Source: the human T2T-CHM13v2.0 reference genome, Homo sapiens
Assembly: GCF_009914755.1 (NCBI RefSeq)
Contig: NC_060947.1
Reading direction: 5' to 3' (one strand)
Length of the DNA stretch: 64,000 nt
Made by a program: the position numbers and the translations under genes. Of this stretch, positions 1 through 15,270 are shown piece by piece. A model generated the notes under the pieces. The model did no database searches. It saw only the letters and a program-made list of their open reading frames with translations, and was not told the origin of the DNA. Each line of letters opens with the position of its first letter. The stretch's first letter is position 1.

Positions 1-120
1 TCTTTTTAAATATTCATGTAGAATAGCCTTAAGTAGAAACTTGAAGATGTGCTAGTATAAAACATTTTCCTGAGCCACTTTATTGTTGATGGGGTGTTTT
101 CTCAATCTGGATCTCAGTAA

Positions 121-492
<372 letters not shown>

Positions 493-897
493 TTGTTCAG
501 CTCCTTTAGCTTACTTTAGAGCAGTCACAGGTTGCCACTTTTCCAGCATCAGGGACAAAGTTCAGATCAATTTTATAACACGTCGATTCTAAAAATCACA
601 GTCTCGTGGGAGGTGGAATATCTGTCACAACTCGTAACATATTTCCTACTGCTTCATGTTCCATATATTAGAAACCCATTCACCACTAATTTCCCCAAAT
701 TTACAAGTTAAGAGTTTAAATTATAGTTTTATAAGTGAATTTATCTACTTTATTTTTCAGGTCATGGATTCTAGCTCTCATATGAAGTAAGGTCTTAATG
801 CTTTTTATTTCTTTACCTTATGTTAAATTTCAGATTGATGAGCTTTCTAATAATATTGAAAGTTCACATTACTACCTTAGTAGAGCTTCCAAATTCA

Positions 898-1227
<330 letters not shown>

Positions 1228-2603
1228 TTAAGCGAAGATGTGAGTAACTGTATCAGACCAGACTCATTTTTATATGTAAAAGATGAAATGGCGTTTTCTA
1301 CTCTTAATAAAGGCAAAGATGAACTAATACATAATGCAAAATGAGCACTGGAAGAGATATACAAGATGGGTAAGAGCAAAACTATCAATTTTTGTATTTT
1401 TCATTCATTCAGCAAATAATTACCAAGCAAGTCATACATACGTAAAATAGTCTTTATATTTTTTGTCCCATCTCTATGATAGTGATGAAAGTGAATGATT
1501 CTTTAAAAAAATGATAAATATTAAATATCGGCTAGATACAAAATATTATCATTGGTGTATATAACCAGAATTTAAGTTGAATCATTGGCATCAAAGATTT
1601 TAAATAGTTTGGAAAATTAAAAAATACATTGCTAGTCCCCACTTATAAGGAGCTTGAGAAGAGAAAATAAAAATACCAACAAATCAATACAGAAATATTC
1701 ACTATAGATCATGAAACTCAATGACCTGTAATAAAGTTTAAGAAAAACAATTTTATATTGCCTTGATAGAATAGCCCAAATCATCAAAGCAGAAGGAATT
1801 TTCAAAGACAGTATGCTATCATGAGAAAGACATGTGCGGAAACTAGGAAGAAGCTTGTATTCTGAATGTGTTACCAAGAGGTTACAATGAATGTAATAAA
1901 ACATCTTTTTGTGGTAAGAAATATGGAAAGACAGTAGCTGTTCTACTGCATTAATCTCCTTCCAGGTTAACAGGTGCAGCAGCAGTTGGCTTCAGAAACT
2001 CTTGTTAATGCGTTCCTCAGACTGTCCCATCTGCTTCTTATTGTTTGCTCCATACAAAGGCATGTTAATATGTCTACCTACATATCATCATTGTTTCATT
2101 TTATTATTTGCTAACTGAACTGTGCCAACATGATAGAAAAGAATCAAGCTTACTATAATTTTAAGATACTAAGACACTTACTAGTAAAAACAATGTTTAT
2201 CGAATTTAAGACCTTTGTGGACTCATAACAGAGAACTAGTTCTGTGCAACAGGTTCCTTTCACCTCAAGCCATTCAATCAACATTTTAAAAATTCCAATA
2301 CGATTGCTCCAAGGACCTATGAGAGATACTTTGGATTCAAGGACCTCAGAGTCGAGTGGAAACTCTTTCTTTAAATAGAATGTGACCCAGAAGCCCAATA
2401 TGAAACAGATGAAGAGTGAGCTATTCAGCTAAAGGAATGCTGATGGTGGTAGTGGTGGTGGTGGGCATCCACTGTCTTCTCACCCTACACATGGCCCTTG
2501 AAACACTACTAAAACCCACTAACGCTCCAGTGAGACTATTGTAAAATTCCCATATATTCTCCAGTTCCTAGTTTGTCCACCAAACCTATCCACAGCTTTT
2601 CTT

Positions 2604-4856
2604 TGTTTTTAACTTTTAAGTTCAGGGGTACATGTGCATGTGTGTTATATAGGTAAACTTATGTCATGGGGATTTGTTGTACAGATTATTTTGTCATCCA
2701 GATATAAGCCTACTAACCATCAGTTATTTTTTTTTAATCCTCTCCCTCCTCCCACCCTCCACCCTCCAACAGGTCCCAATGTATGTTATTCCCCTCTAAG
2801 TGTCCATGTGTTTTCATCATTTAGCTCCCACCTGCAAGTGAGAAGACACAGTATTTGATTTTCTGTTACTGTATTAGTTTGCTAAGGATAATGGCCTCCA
2901 ACTCCATCCATGTTCCTGCAAAGTACATGGTCTCATTCTTTCTTATGGCTACGCAGTATACCATGGTGTATATGTACCACATTTGCTTTATCCAGTCTAT
3001 CATTGGTGGGCATTTAGGTTGATTCCACGTCTTTGCTATTGTGAATAGTGCTGCAATGAACATACGTGTGCATGTGCCTTTGTAATAGAACGATTTATAT
3101 TCCTTTGGGTATAAATGCAGTAATGATATTGCTGGGTTGATGGTATTTCTGTCTGTAGGTCTTTGAGGAATTGCCACACTGTCTTCCACAATGGTTGAAC
3201 TAATGTACAGTCCCACCAACAATGTATACGTGCTCCTTTTTCCCCACAACCGTGCTAGCATCTACTATTTTTTGACTTTTTATTAATAGCCGTCCTGACT
3301 GGTGTGAGATGGTATTTCATTGTGGTTTTGATTTGCATTTCTCTAATGATTAGTGATGTTGAGCTTTTTTCATATGCTTGTTGGCCGCATGTATGTCTTC
3401 TTTTGAGAAGTGTCTGTTCATGCCCTTTGCCCACTTTTTTAGTAGGGTTTTTTTTTTCTCATAGATTTGTTTAAGTTCCTTATAAATGCTGGATTTTAGA
3501 CCTTTGTCGGATGCATAGTTTGCAAACATTTTCTTCCATTCTGTAGTTTGTCTGCTCACTCTGTTGATAGTTTCCTTTGCTGTGCAGAAACTATTTAGTT
3601 TAATTAGATGCCATTTTTCAATTTTTGCTTTTGTTGCAATTGCTTTTGGCATCTTTGTCATGAAACCTTTGTCTGTTCCTATGTCCTAAATGGTATTGCC
3701 CGGGTTGTCTTCCAGGGTTTTTATAGTTTGAGGTTTTATATTTAAGTCTTTAATCTATCTTGAGTTAATCTTTGTACATGGTGTAAGGAAGGGGTCCAGT
3801 TTCTATCTTCTGCATGTGGCTAGCCAGTTATCCCAGCACCACTTATTGAATAGGTAGTCCTTTCCCCATTGCTTGTTTTTGTCAGCTTTGTTGAAGATCA
3901 GATGGTTGCTAGGTGTGCAGTCTTATTTCTTGGTTCTCTGTTTTGTTCCATTGATCCATGTGTCTGTTCTTGTACCAGTATCATGCTGTTTTGGCCACTG
4001 TAGCCCTGTAGTATAGTTTGAAGTCAGGTAATGTGATGCATCCAGCTTTTCTCTTTTTGCTTAGTATTGCCTTGGCTACTTGGGCTCTTTTTTTTGGTTC
4101 CATGTGAACTTTGAAATAGTTTCTTCTAGTTCTCTGAAGAATCTCAATGGTAGTTTAATAGGAATAGCATTGACTCTAATAAATTGCTTAGGATTGCCTT
4201 GGCTACTTGGGCTCTTTTATTGGTTCCATATGAACTTTAAAATAGTTTCTTCTAGTTCTCTGAAGAATCTCAATGGTAGTTTAATAGGAATAGCATTGAA
4301 TCTAATAAATTGCGTTGAGCAGTGTGGCCATTTTAATGATATTGATTCTTCCTATCCATGAACATGGAATGTTTTTCCATTTGTTTCTGTCATCTCTGAT
4401 TTCTTTGAGGAGTGTTTGGTAGTTCTCCACGTAGAGATCTTTCACCCCTCTAGTTAGCTGTATTCCTAGGTATTTTATTCTTTCTATGGCAGTTGTGAAT
4501 GTGATTGCATTACTGATTTCTCCCTGTTGCACTGCATGCAACAGATGCAATGGAACAGATTTCTCTCTGTTGTTGGTGTATAGGAATGCTAGTGATTTTG
4601 GCACATTGGTTTTGTATCCTGAGACTTTGCTGAAGTTGTTTATCAGCACAAGAAGCTTTTGGGCTGAGACCATGGGGTTTTCTAGATATAGCATCATGTT
4701 GTCTGCAAACAGAGATAGTTTGACTTCCTCTCTTCCTAGTTGGAGGCGCTTTATTTCTTTCTCTTGCCTGATTTCCCTGGTCAGGACTTCTAATACTATG
4801 TTAAATAGGAATGGTAAGAGAGGGCATCCTTGTCTTGTGCTGGTTTTCCATGGGAA
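2604..4856 (-). mobile_element. 5'-truncated L1 (L1PA13-16-like): ORF2 C-terminal half plus 3' UTR, decayed
   Basis: Minus-strand translations match L1 ORF2p ([53 protein letters not shown]); typical L1PA 3' UTR; degenerate TSD CACAGCTTTTCTT (2591-2603) / CACAGCATTCCTT (4857-4869). Confidence 0.95.
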
Positions 4857-5359
4857 CACAGCATTCCTTAAATAGACATGAAGCCCCTGCCCACACCCCA
4901 GTGAAAAACAACTCACTACTTCCAGATTAAGCTTTTTATATTTTTGGCCATCTCTCACTGTTACAAAGTTTGTTTGTTTAAATATTTAGTGGACAAAGGG
5001 CTCTCTTTCCTTTCTTCTCATCATAATAAGAATATGCTTCATTGCATTTCCACTGATTAGCTGAATATTTGAAAACAGCTAATACGTCCCTAAAATTATA
5101 AGTTGCTTTCTAGACAGGCTCCAGTTTTTCAGTGTCTCATTTAAATTATGTTCCCCAGAGCTGAACAGTACAGATTTGGTCTGATGAACTTACTTTTAGT
5201 GTCAACAAAGAGGGTGTTCTGGGCACCATTTCAATTACTATACTTATTTGTTTTTCTTGTATCTCTATCATAATGTTAAAGTCATCGTAAACTCTTGTTT
5301 TTTTATTTAATACTTTTGGGTGGAGAGAGGGGAATGCTAACTTAAGAAATTATATTTTC

Positions 5360-5450
5360 CCTATTCAATTTTATTTTGATGTATTAAGCAACTATTTCAG
5401 TGCCTAATATGTGCCAGGCATGTGATAAACAGCAGGATGCAAAGTATACA
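5360..5450 (-). mobile_element. L2 3'-end fragment
   Basis: TGCCTAATATGTGCCAGGCA resembles the L2 3' terminus in reverse. Confidence 0.5.
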
Positions 5451-7174
5451 TAGTCTACATCTACATGGTGTATACATATAGTCAAAGAAATATTATAACA
5501 GTTAACATGTATTGGTAACTTAAGACATATGTATAGAGGAATCTGAGGCTTGGTTTGTGGTCAAGATGGTATATATATAATCCTTGGTTTGTTTGCTTCT
5601 TGAGACAAATCTAGAAACAACTAGGCCAAAGTAAACACTATCAACTATTATAATAGTCATGACTCCTTTGAGTATTTATTCTTTCTTCTGGAACTCTGAC
5701 AGATATTGTGATTTAAGGGCGTAGGGATAGGAAAGGAAAAAAATGAAAGCAAAGAGACAGTGAGAACACTTTTTAGAGCCAGGGCACAGCCTAAGATGAA
5801 GAACAAATGAAAGATCTACATCAGCAGCCAAAGGTAAAAATAAGCACTTCAGAAAGAAAACTGATTTTCCACAGAAGAAAAAATATGGCAGACATAATGT
5901 CTGATGGCATAGGCTCCAGATGGAATAAGAAATACACAGCTGCAGAGTAAGGCTATCTTCAGTTAATCGAGAGAAGCCTGATCATCAGAAGCATTAGCCA
6001 ATGTCTGTAAACATATAATAATAAAATAAATGCAGAAATCACTATAAATCTTTGTGTTAATTTTGTTTTATAAAAATAATTCAAGAACTGTTATTTTGGA
6101 ACCATTATATGTATATAGTAAGGTAATTACCATATAAGCAATTATACTAATGTCATTAGAAACATAGATTTTCAGCGTAAGAGAGAAGAGACTGCAGTTA
6201 AAATCAAATATGTTCGTTCCTAATTCTTGATCCAAGTGGTGATCTGAGTGGTAGCTATCTGTGTTTATGGTATATGGTTATGTTATGCTTCAATAACAAA
6301 GTGTATTAAAAATAGAAGAAAATGCAATAAAAGTTTTAAAAAGCAAAGGGCAAGAATAAAGATAAATCGTTTCTTCAATAAACAGTGCTTATCAATCACT
6401 ATTGCCCATTTTATTTCACTTAATTTCTCAGAAAAACCTTATTTCTATTGAAAATCTCTGTATCTTCAGGCACTGGAAAGACTCCCACCAATTTAACTGT
6501 AACTCGGATGTTGATTTCCTAACACAAGTTCCTCCCATTATTTAATTTACCTAAGGACTATCAGTTACCTTAATGGAAAACCCTTCCACTTATTATATCT
6601 CTAAGTTATCTAACAATCATGTCTCTTAAGAAAATATATATTTTTATCTCAAGTAATCTCAAGTTAAGATTACTACCTTTAACTAAAATGTTTATCCATT
6701 CAATTAAAATTTATTAAAGTCAGCTTTGCAAATGGTATTTCTTATTTTTCTTCTTCCTTTCATATGTGTACAAAATATTAATTCAACCCAGAAGTGTTTT
6801 TCCTCCCTACCAGAAAGGTAATCTTATTGGTTAATTTATTACCTCATTCACTTAACTTCTACATGTTACCCAGATAAACTATTGTAACCAGAACTTACAT
6901 TATTATGATTGCAATATACATTATTACCAACCTGCTATTTAGGAGAAAAAACACTTCTTAGATATCATAAATGCAGCTTTAACATGCAGAACTACTTTAA
7001 AACAGGCATACAGGAATTTTTTGGGGGGGGATGAGGGGTGTGTTATTTTTAATATGTCTAAAGGAATACATTTAATGAACTACACAATATTTATAATAAG
7101 TTATTACAAATATGTTCATTTTATGAATTTTTATTTTTTCTTAATTATGAAGTTTGTAAGTATATTAGGAAGGT

Positions 7175-7395
7175 AATAACTTCACAGCAATGTGGCAGAC
7201 ACAGTTGAATGTAACGTACTCATTAATTTTCAAAACAATCCTATGAGATATATACTCTTAAGATTCCTTTTGTAAATGAATAGACTGAGGCACAAAGAAG
7301 GTAAATAATTTGCCTGAGAGCATTCAGTGCGCAAAGTACAAGGCACCTAATTTGAATCTGGCTTCAGAATCCAACTCTTAATAGCTACATTCTGA
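7175..7395 (-). mobile_element. MIR SINE
   Basis: AGACTGAGGCACAAAGAAGGTAAATAATTTGCC resembles the reverse MIR core. Confidence 0.75.
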
Positions 7396-7559
7396 TGACC
7401 CTAGATCCAGGGATTCTTCTCATCTAATTCCGGTTTTGTTGTGTTTTATGTAAAACACACCACTGTGGGTTATCAGATTCCAATTTTGTTCATTGTCTTG
7501 GGGATTTTATCATTTACCTGTAAACTAAACTGAATTCTGCCATCTCACCCATTTTGCCA

Positions 7560-8319
7560 CTCTTACTAAATACTCAATTGTTTAGTTTTCCTTCAATATC
7601 GGGCTACAACTCTCCAAATTGATGTTTCTAATTTTTTGCCTTCCCTCTTGACTTGACATCACTGAGAATTAAAATCTGACTGCCCAAATCCTTACTGGGA
7701 CTCCTACAACCTACTGATTCTACTGGGACAACCTACAAGGTTGTCTTGTAGCTGTCTTTCTCCCCCAGGATTTGAAAAAGCCTTGCACACTGAAGCCCAA
7801 GAACTTGATATAAACTTCAAAAAACTTACCACCACAACAAATCACGTATAGGCAACCTTCATGCCTGGAGCTCCTGCTACAAGAGCCATTCAGAAAGTCC
7901 ACTGGAACTCCAGCATCATCCGTGTTCTGTTCCAGGAAATAACTATGACTGTGAAATTAATGTTTATGCCATCACCACATTCAAACCATAAACCAGAAAA
8001 TCCATCAGATTACCACTCTACCATCTGAAGATGCTTAGAATTCAATGTCTAGAAAACTTCTTAACTGCCTGCCCTCTAGACTCAAAAAATAGGATTTATA
8101 TTCTTCTCCAACAAGTTTTTGTTTTTATGTTTGTTTCCATAGAGGTGCCTCTCATTAAATGCCTGATCACGTGCATCATCCAGCAACTATGCTCTACTAG
8201 CAAGTCTCAACCGATGATTTAGCTAGTCCTTAGTAAACAAAAGGCAATCGAATGACAAATGGACTTACACTGTTCAGAAGGATGAATAATGTGTCTTCTT
8301 TACTTGAACAGGAGTGAGG
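7560..8319 (+). mobile_element. ERV1 MER4-group internal-sequence remnant (3' end)
   Basis: Directly abuts the LTR through a purine-rich stretch (GAACAGGAGTGAGG); resembles MER31/MER67 internal sequence from memory; left boundary approximate. Confidence 0.55.
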
Positions 8320-8836
8320 CTCCACCAAGACGCTCCCCTTGACCAAACTTTAGCTAGGCTCCTCTGAGCCCTCTTCTCAGCTAGGCCATAACCTTGGCCT
8401 GCACAGACCTGAACAAAAAACACTAACATAGCTTCTAACAGGTCAAAGCCACCTCTCTAGGATAACTCTAGCCCCACTTAAGGTGCATTTCTGAGAAAAC
8501 TCAAAGCTGCCAAAATAATTTACCCTTTGTTCCAGTCAAAACCCGAAGACAGTGAGAAGGCAGGAGCCTAACCTTAAGTGCCATTTAGCAAACGTAGAGG
8601 TTTCCCAGGGAACAATCCCACCTTTCCACTTTTTGTAATTTGTTACTTCCCTGACTTTAATGAGCCACCACTCAAACTCATTCTCTCATTCTCCCTTTAA
8701 AACTCCCAGTCACCTCTACACAAATCAAAGTTCAGTTCAGTTCATGCTGAACTCTTCTCTATTATAATAGTGTATTACTGATTAAAATCTCCCCTTACTA
8801 ATTAAACTGACGTCCACTTTTGCTTATCTTTGGATA
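8320..8836 (+). mobile_element. ERV1 LTR (MER67/MER31-like)
   Basis: CCTTGACCAAACTTTAGCTAGGCTCCTCTGAGCCCTCTTCTC is characteristic of MER67-family LTR starts; ATTAAA poly(A)-like signal near 8781. Confidence 0.75.
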
Positions 8837-8977
8837 ACTGGTTATTTAGTTGGTTTAGTTTCAGTTTGTGAATGTCATGTGGTCTCAAAAGGTCACATCA
8901 TATAGATAAAACCGTGCACGCCAACATCAATGAACATGTGAAGAAGGTAAACATGATTATTTTATTGCACCATTTGT

Positions 8978-9000
8978 AAAAAAAAAAAAAAAAAAAAAAA
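8978..9000 (+). repeat. (A)23 mononucleotide tract
   Basis: Directly visible. Confidence 0.95.
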
Positions 9001-12000
9001 GGTCAATTTAAACGAAGTACTGCATGATTACATTGAACGTATTTACGTATTTGTTGAATAGTATTTTTCCCTTGTAAAATTGTATATGTTAATTATACAA
9101 ATGTTGGAATCTACAGACCATGGAAGCATAAAATATATATTGCCTCCCATTCTGAGAAAATCCTATTGAAAGATAAGTTATGTCATCACAGTTTTTCTGT
9201 TTTTGTTTCGTTTTGGTATGGCTTGGTTTCTGGCTTTTGTTGTTATTATTTTGTCTATATAGGCAAGTATTCATTTATTTCCTGCATTAGTCAAGGGTCT
9301 CTAAGGAAATATTTGATTTTATCAACAGCTGAAGTAGGAAAGAGTGCCTGGAATATAATATCCACTTAGAAGTTTTTTATGGTATGGTTGATTCACCCAT
9401 TCTATTTAACCTCAGCATTCAATTACTCTCACTGCTATTTTTTTTTAAACCTGAATCATACATTTTACATTTAATATACACTCATTGCAAATCCATTTAA
9501 AAATTCTAATAAGGCAGAGCCTTTAGAAGAATGCTTGACTCAGAAACTCAATAAATCTTTGTTAACTATTGAAGGAAATTTTAATTAAATAATTAATATT
9601 CATAATCCCACTCAACAAAATTACTGATTTTTATTAATAGTTTTTTCAATCACCTGTATATTTTAATTAGCATACTGTAAAGAAAGTAATCATTTTTCCT
9701 TTTTAAAATAAAAAACACTATGTTATACTGACTTTATCACTGAGATAATCTCAAGCAGTTATTATGAGCTGCTTTTGAGCTATTTGAAGGTACAGTTTTA
9801 CTGCTATGTAATTTCCAGGCCTATGTACATCTGGGCATAAGATTTTCTCAGCTGTTAAAGCTCGTCTCGTTGCCATTTGTCCCCTCTTAATGATAGCAAG
9901 AACTAAGTCATCCCAGTTTTGCACATATTATACTTGCGTTAAGTTCTTTTTCCAGTTATAAGAACACAACTTTAATTTCTTATGGATAATTTCATCTGAA
10001 CAACACATTTTAGACCGAAACTTCAGTTTCCTTAATAATTTGTACTTTTGATTGTGGGAAAATGACAACAGCATACAATAATAGAATATTATACTTTTCT
10101 AGCTGGGGAAGGCTGATGACACAAAAGCATAGGACTACAAAATGGCAAAAAACATGATTATAGTGTATACATGAGTTTTTTTGCAAAGATCTGAATAGAG
10201 AAAAGCAGTAAAATAGTCTTCACAACATATATTGAAAAATGCTAAAAATACAATAACTTGCACCATTGCAGCTAGTACTATATTCACATTATAAAAGGCC
10301 ATTTAATGTATCCAAGACAACATTGGCAGACACATTAAGGTTATGCTTTTGAGTTCTATTGCTTTTCTGTACTTCTGTTTTATTTGATTTGAAAATATGA
10401 TTTGTTGTTGTAGATCTATATGCCCTTTCACCATAAAGAGTGTGCCCTTTGTTTTATATTCGTGCTTCTATAGGTAAATTTTAATAAAAATAATTTTAAT
10501 CAGCATTGGTTGAGCATAGGGCTTTTTATTTCTTTAAATTGGCCTGTTTATTACTCAGGTTTGAGTAGCACTACACTATACCAAGCATGAAGCAAAATGT
10601 CTTAACACTAGGGGAAGCTGAGCTTGGTTCTTTGTAGAAAAACTCTATCCAGGAGACATGGGGTAGATTAATACAGACATTCACACACACCTCCACACAT
10701 ATGGGAAGGTTGAAGAATTTGTAACATCATCGTTTTATTAAAACAAAATATGTCTCACCACATTGTTGGGTACATGTTACTGATCTGGCTTAATAATATA
10801 TAGGATTTAACTTCCTGTACTTGATATGCTTGGAGGCAATATTACTGCAGTACAAGCCAGGGCATCAGTTTCACTATGCTTTTGTCAGCATAGAAAGTAG
10901 CACTAGAGGACAAAATGAATTTGAACCAATGAAGCTTTCATACAATACCCTGAAGGGTACTAGTGTAAGACAGGGGCAAGAAAGAAACAGTGATGATGTG
11001 AGATGTGACCCGATAACTGTCCTTCATGGATCTACACAACCTCTGGAAATGCCTTCTGCCTGCAAGAAGCGTCAGGAGCCCTAGAACATATGCTAATATA
11101 TATAATTAAGGAGGCCAAAGACAATCATACCACTCTATTCAACGAAATTTATATATTCACATACATACACACATATACACGCATGCCACATATACAGAAA
11201 TTTATGCATACATGTGTATTGTAGTTTGAGTTTCATAATAAAACTCAAAAGTGAAGACAGTTCACATGCACACGAATTATTAGACATAAAAATTGGAAGG
11301 AGGTAAAGGATAATAAAGTGTTATAATAACAGGCTGAAAGAACTATGATTCTGTCTTCTTTATCCCAAAATGAACTTAATAAATTAATATAACCTCAATT
11401 GCAAGAGGAAGAACACGTTGAGGTTGCATACTAAGGTGTATTTTATATCTGATGGTTCCATAGCTATGAAAGTCTTGATGATGCCAATGCTAGGCATCCA
11501 AATTTGCAGAAGCAAAATCTCTGGTCAGATTGAAAATGTGTTACAGTAAGGAGGAGGTCTAATCTCTCATCTTTTTTCTCTGCATAAATTTTGAGTGTGC
11601 TAACCACACAATAAGTAAGTTGTCAATAACTACTGTTTTGATTGATTGTATTAATCCAAATATTGAAATGAGCATGTTTGCTGCTTTACTGCTTCCTTGT
11701 TAACGCCTAGTAAATGTTAATTACTAAGTAAAGTTTCTGAATGAATAAATAATCCAGAGATAAATGTTATACCCACACCTCAGGAATGCCCACTGGTGAT
11801 CTACAAGAGAAGTTGGGGTCAACCAAAGTGTATAAAGGTCATACAGAAAGGACTCAGGAGGTCAATGTAAAGGAGGCTTCCATCGCATAAAGATAAAAAA
11901 TATGAGGACAATAAAGATCATAATACAGAAGGTGGAGAGCCTCAGTTACATTTAAATATATTTAAATTCATGCATTCGCAGTGATGCCAAAACAAACAAC

Positions 12001-12034
12001 TGGATGATAATAAATAAATAAAATATTCACTGGT

Positions 12035-12316
12035 GGTCGGGTGCGGTGGCTCACGCCTGTAATCCCAGCACTTTGGGAGGCTGAGGTGGGCAGATCACGA
12101 GGTCAAGAGATCGAGACCGTCCTGGCCAACATCATGGTGAAACCCCGTCTCTACTAAAAATACAAAAATTAGCTGGGCGTGGTGGTGCGCGTCTGTAGTC
12201 CCAGCTATTCGGGAGGATGAGGCAGGAGAATCCCTTGAACCTGAGAGGTGGAGGTTGCAAGTGAGCCAAGATCACGCTGCTGCACTCCAGCCTGGTGACA
12301 GAGCAAGACTCCATCT

Positions 12317-12350
<34 letters not shown>
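12035..12350 (+). mobile_element. Alu SINE (AluSc-like), pure A33 tail
   Basis: GATCACGAGGTCAAGAGATCGAGACC and CCTGGTGACAG diagnostics; TSD ATTCACTGG on both sides. Confidence 0.97.
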
Positions 12351-12352
<2 letters not shown>

Positions 12353-12500
12353 CACTGGCAACTTTTGGAAGAGACTAGAGAAGCAATTCATTATTTTGAA
12401 AATTGTTCTTTTGGGGGAAAAACTGAAGCATTTACTCTGCTTTGCTTTGTATCAATTATACTATGAGGCAACCAAATAGAAATGCAGAGTTCTCTTTATA

Positions 12501-12835
<335 letters not shown>

Positions 12836-13267
12836 CTAACAAATGAAGAAGTAAAAACAGTATATCATTGTTTTGCAACTCATAATGAAATAATCAATCA
12901 AAACAATGATCATCAATGGCTGCCAATATCAAACGTTATATACCTTTTGTTGAAAGTACACAACACTTTCTATACAATCATCTTGAGTAAAAAAAGAACA
13001 AAATCAAACTGACTACAAGTAGCTCTCTAGACTTAGCTGCTAATTTGTCAGCACCACAGGAGCTGGTGAAACACATTAAACAATATCATGTGGATGTAAT
13101 CAACAAACCTAGACAAAAGGTCCTGTTTCTTCAAAAATGAAAAGGGAGAGTGAGAACGAGGATGAGGAGGAGGAGGATGTAGGGTGTGGAGGAAACAGAG
13201 ACAACAGAGAGAAGAGAGGAGTCCTATAGGATAATTTGGGAAATATAAAATGTATTTGATGATATTA

Positions 13268-13662
<395 letters not shown>

Positions 13663-15270
13663 TCAAAACAGAGAATAGGAAGTGGGTAGGTAGAGAGGAA
13701 ACCAGATGGTAATGATAATAATGGTTAGAGCTAATGAGCAGTGTATGGTATGCATTATGTTACTTTTTTATTTTGTATATGTTTGAAATTCTTCATAAGA
13801 GAAAAAATAAATGGTCCATGTGCACCTGTAACATAATAATGACAAGATATGTCAGCCTAAGAATAAATATGTCTTAAGTTATCCCCTTTACCTCATCTTG
13901 GCTTCAAAGTAACTATATGCTTTAATCATTATAGTTTGTCTAGGTCCCCAGAGAGTGTTTTTAGATTTTTATTTGTTAGTTTATGAACTTCAGTCAAGTA
14001 ATCAGAAAGCCAATATAATAAAATAGTCTTTAACTTTCTGGAAAACATGCAAACATAAATAACCATCATTTATACTTCTGTAGCAACAGTGACATTGAAT
14101 CATACTCAAAGCAAAGTATCTAAGATTCAGAGTAAGTAGGATTCTCACTTGTCCAATGCAAAGATTCAGCTACATCTGGTGGGTAAAGGAGTTAAATATT
14201 AACTTCATCTTTTAGTATCTATTTAGATCTAATTTGTATAGGGGGTTAAGGATCTCCTGATAAAAATAAAATTAATAACTTAAAACTCTCCATAATTAGA
14301 CAACATATTAGCTTTCATGCCCATCAAATATGAGGAGCTGCAAAAAGCACAGTGTCAAGGGGTAAGTCTAGTGTTCTCACGTAAAAATCATCTTGCAGAT
14401 ACAGACAGGATAAACTAAATAATAATGAGGCCTAAGATTTGGAGTGGAGGAGGAGTCCCAAGTACACCTTGATGGCTGTTACCTGCACTTACAACCAAAA
14501 CAGCCATTTTCATGTCAAATGTGTGCCCTGGGATACAAGATCTATGTATACATTTTAAAGAATTATTTTATTACAAGTCACTCTTTGGGGTCCAGCAACT
14601 CTACTATGCCTCCTTTATAACAGAGAACAGATTAAAACACTGAGAATGGGAAGTTTCCCCTTGCTGCTTCATGGATGTAAGTTGAGTAGCTGCGACTTCA
14701 TGCAGACTGAAAGAACCAAGCAAAGCACCAAACAGTGGCATTGAAGAGGTTGACTGACAGTGGTCTAGGGCACAGTTTGAGCTGCAGCACCCGTGGAGGG
14801 AAACCTCTGTCTAGATTATCATTAGCGTAGCTGATAGAGGTGAGAAAGGTTCTGGGAGAAGCATCCAATCACAGAGCTAAGTCAAGCATCAGTCCAAATT
14901 TCAGAATGTCTGAGTGATAAACATCCTGCAGGGACAATGATGCAAATTGGAGTAGAAAACACTGAAGAGTGGCCAAGGTCTTGCAAATGCACATGGAGAT
15001 GCTAACAAGCTAGCAAAATCCTGGTATAAAGCCAACACTACCCATGATTACACAGGTTCATAATGCCACAGGCAGTTTAGGTTACAATAAAATTCATGAA
15101 TTCTTCAGTGCTTGGCTGGGCAGGATATGTACTGAACAAAGCACTCCCGTAGGTACTGAAAGGCAGTGCCTATTCACTAACTGGTGATGTTATTCATCCG
15201 TTTCCTGAACCAGGAACATAGGAGCCCCTTTGTCTCCTCTTTCATCCCTCCCAGCCAGTCCATTGCTCAA

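Noticed and set aside
2866-4958. ORFs with reverse-transcriptase-like peptide (also 54215-54448 and 63621-63863)
   Set aside because: Fragments of 5'-truncated, frameshifted L1 ORF2; not functional genes.
10821-11084. Short ORFs in unique sequence (also 49143-49511, 62460-62729, 62722-63063)
   Set aside because: No recognisable protein similarity, several have non-ATG starts, no convincing flanking splice sites, and lengths are expected by chance.
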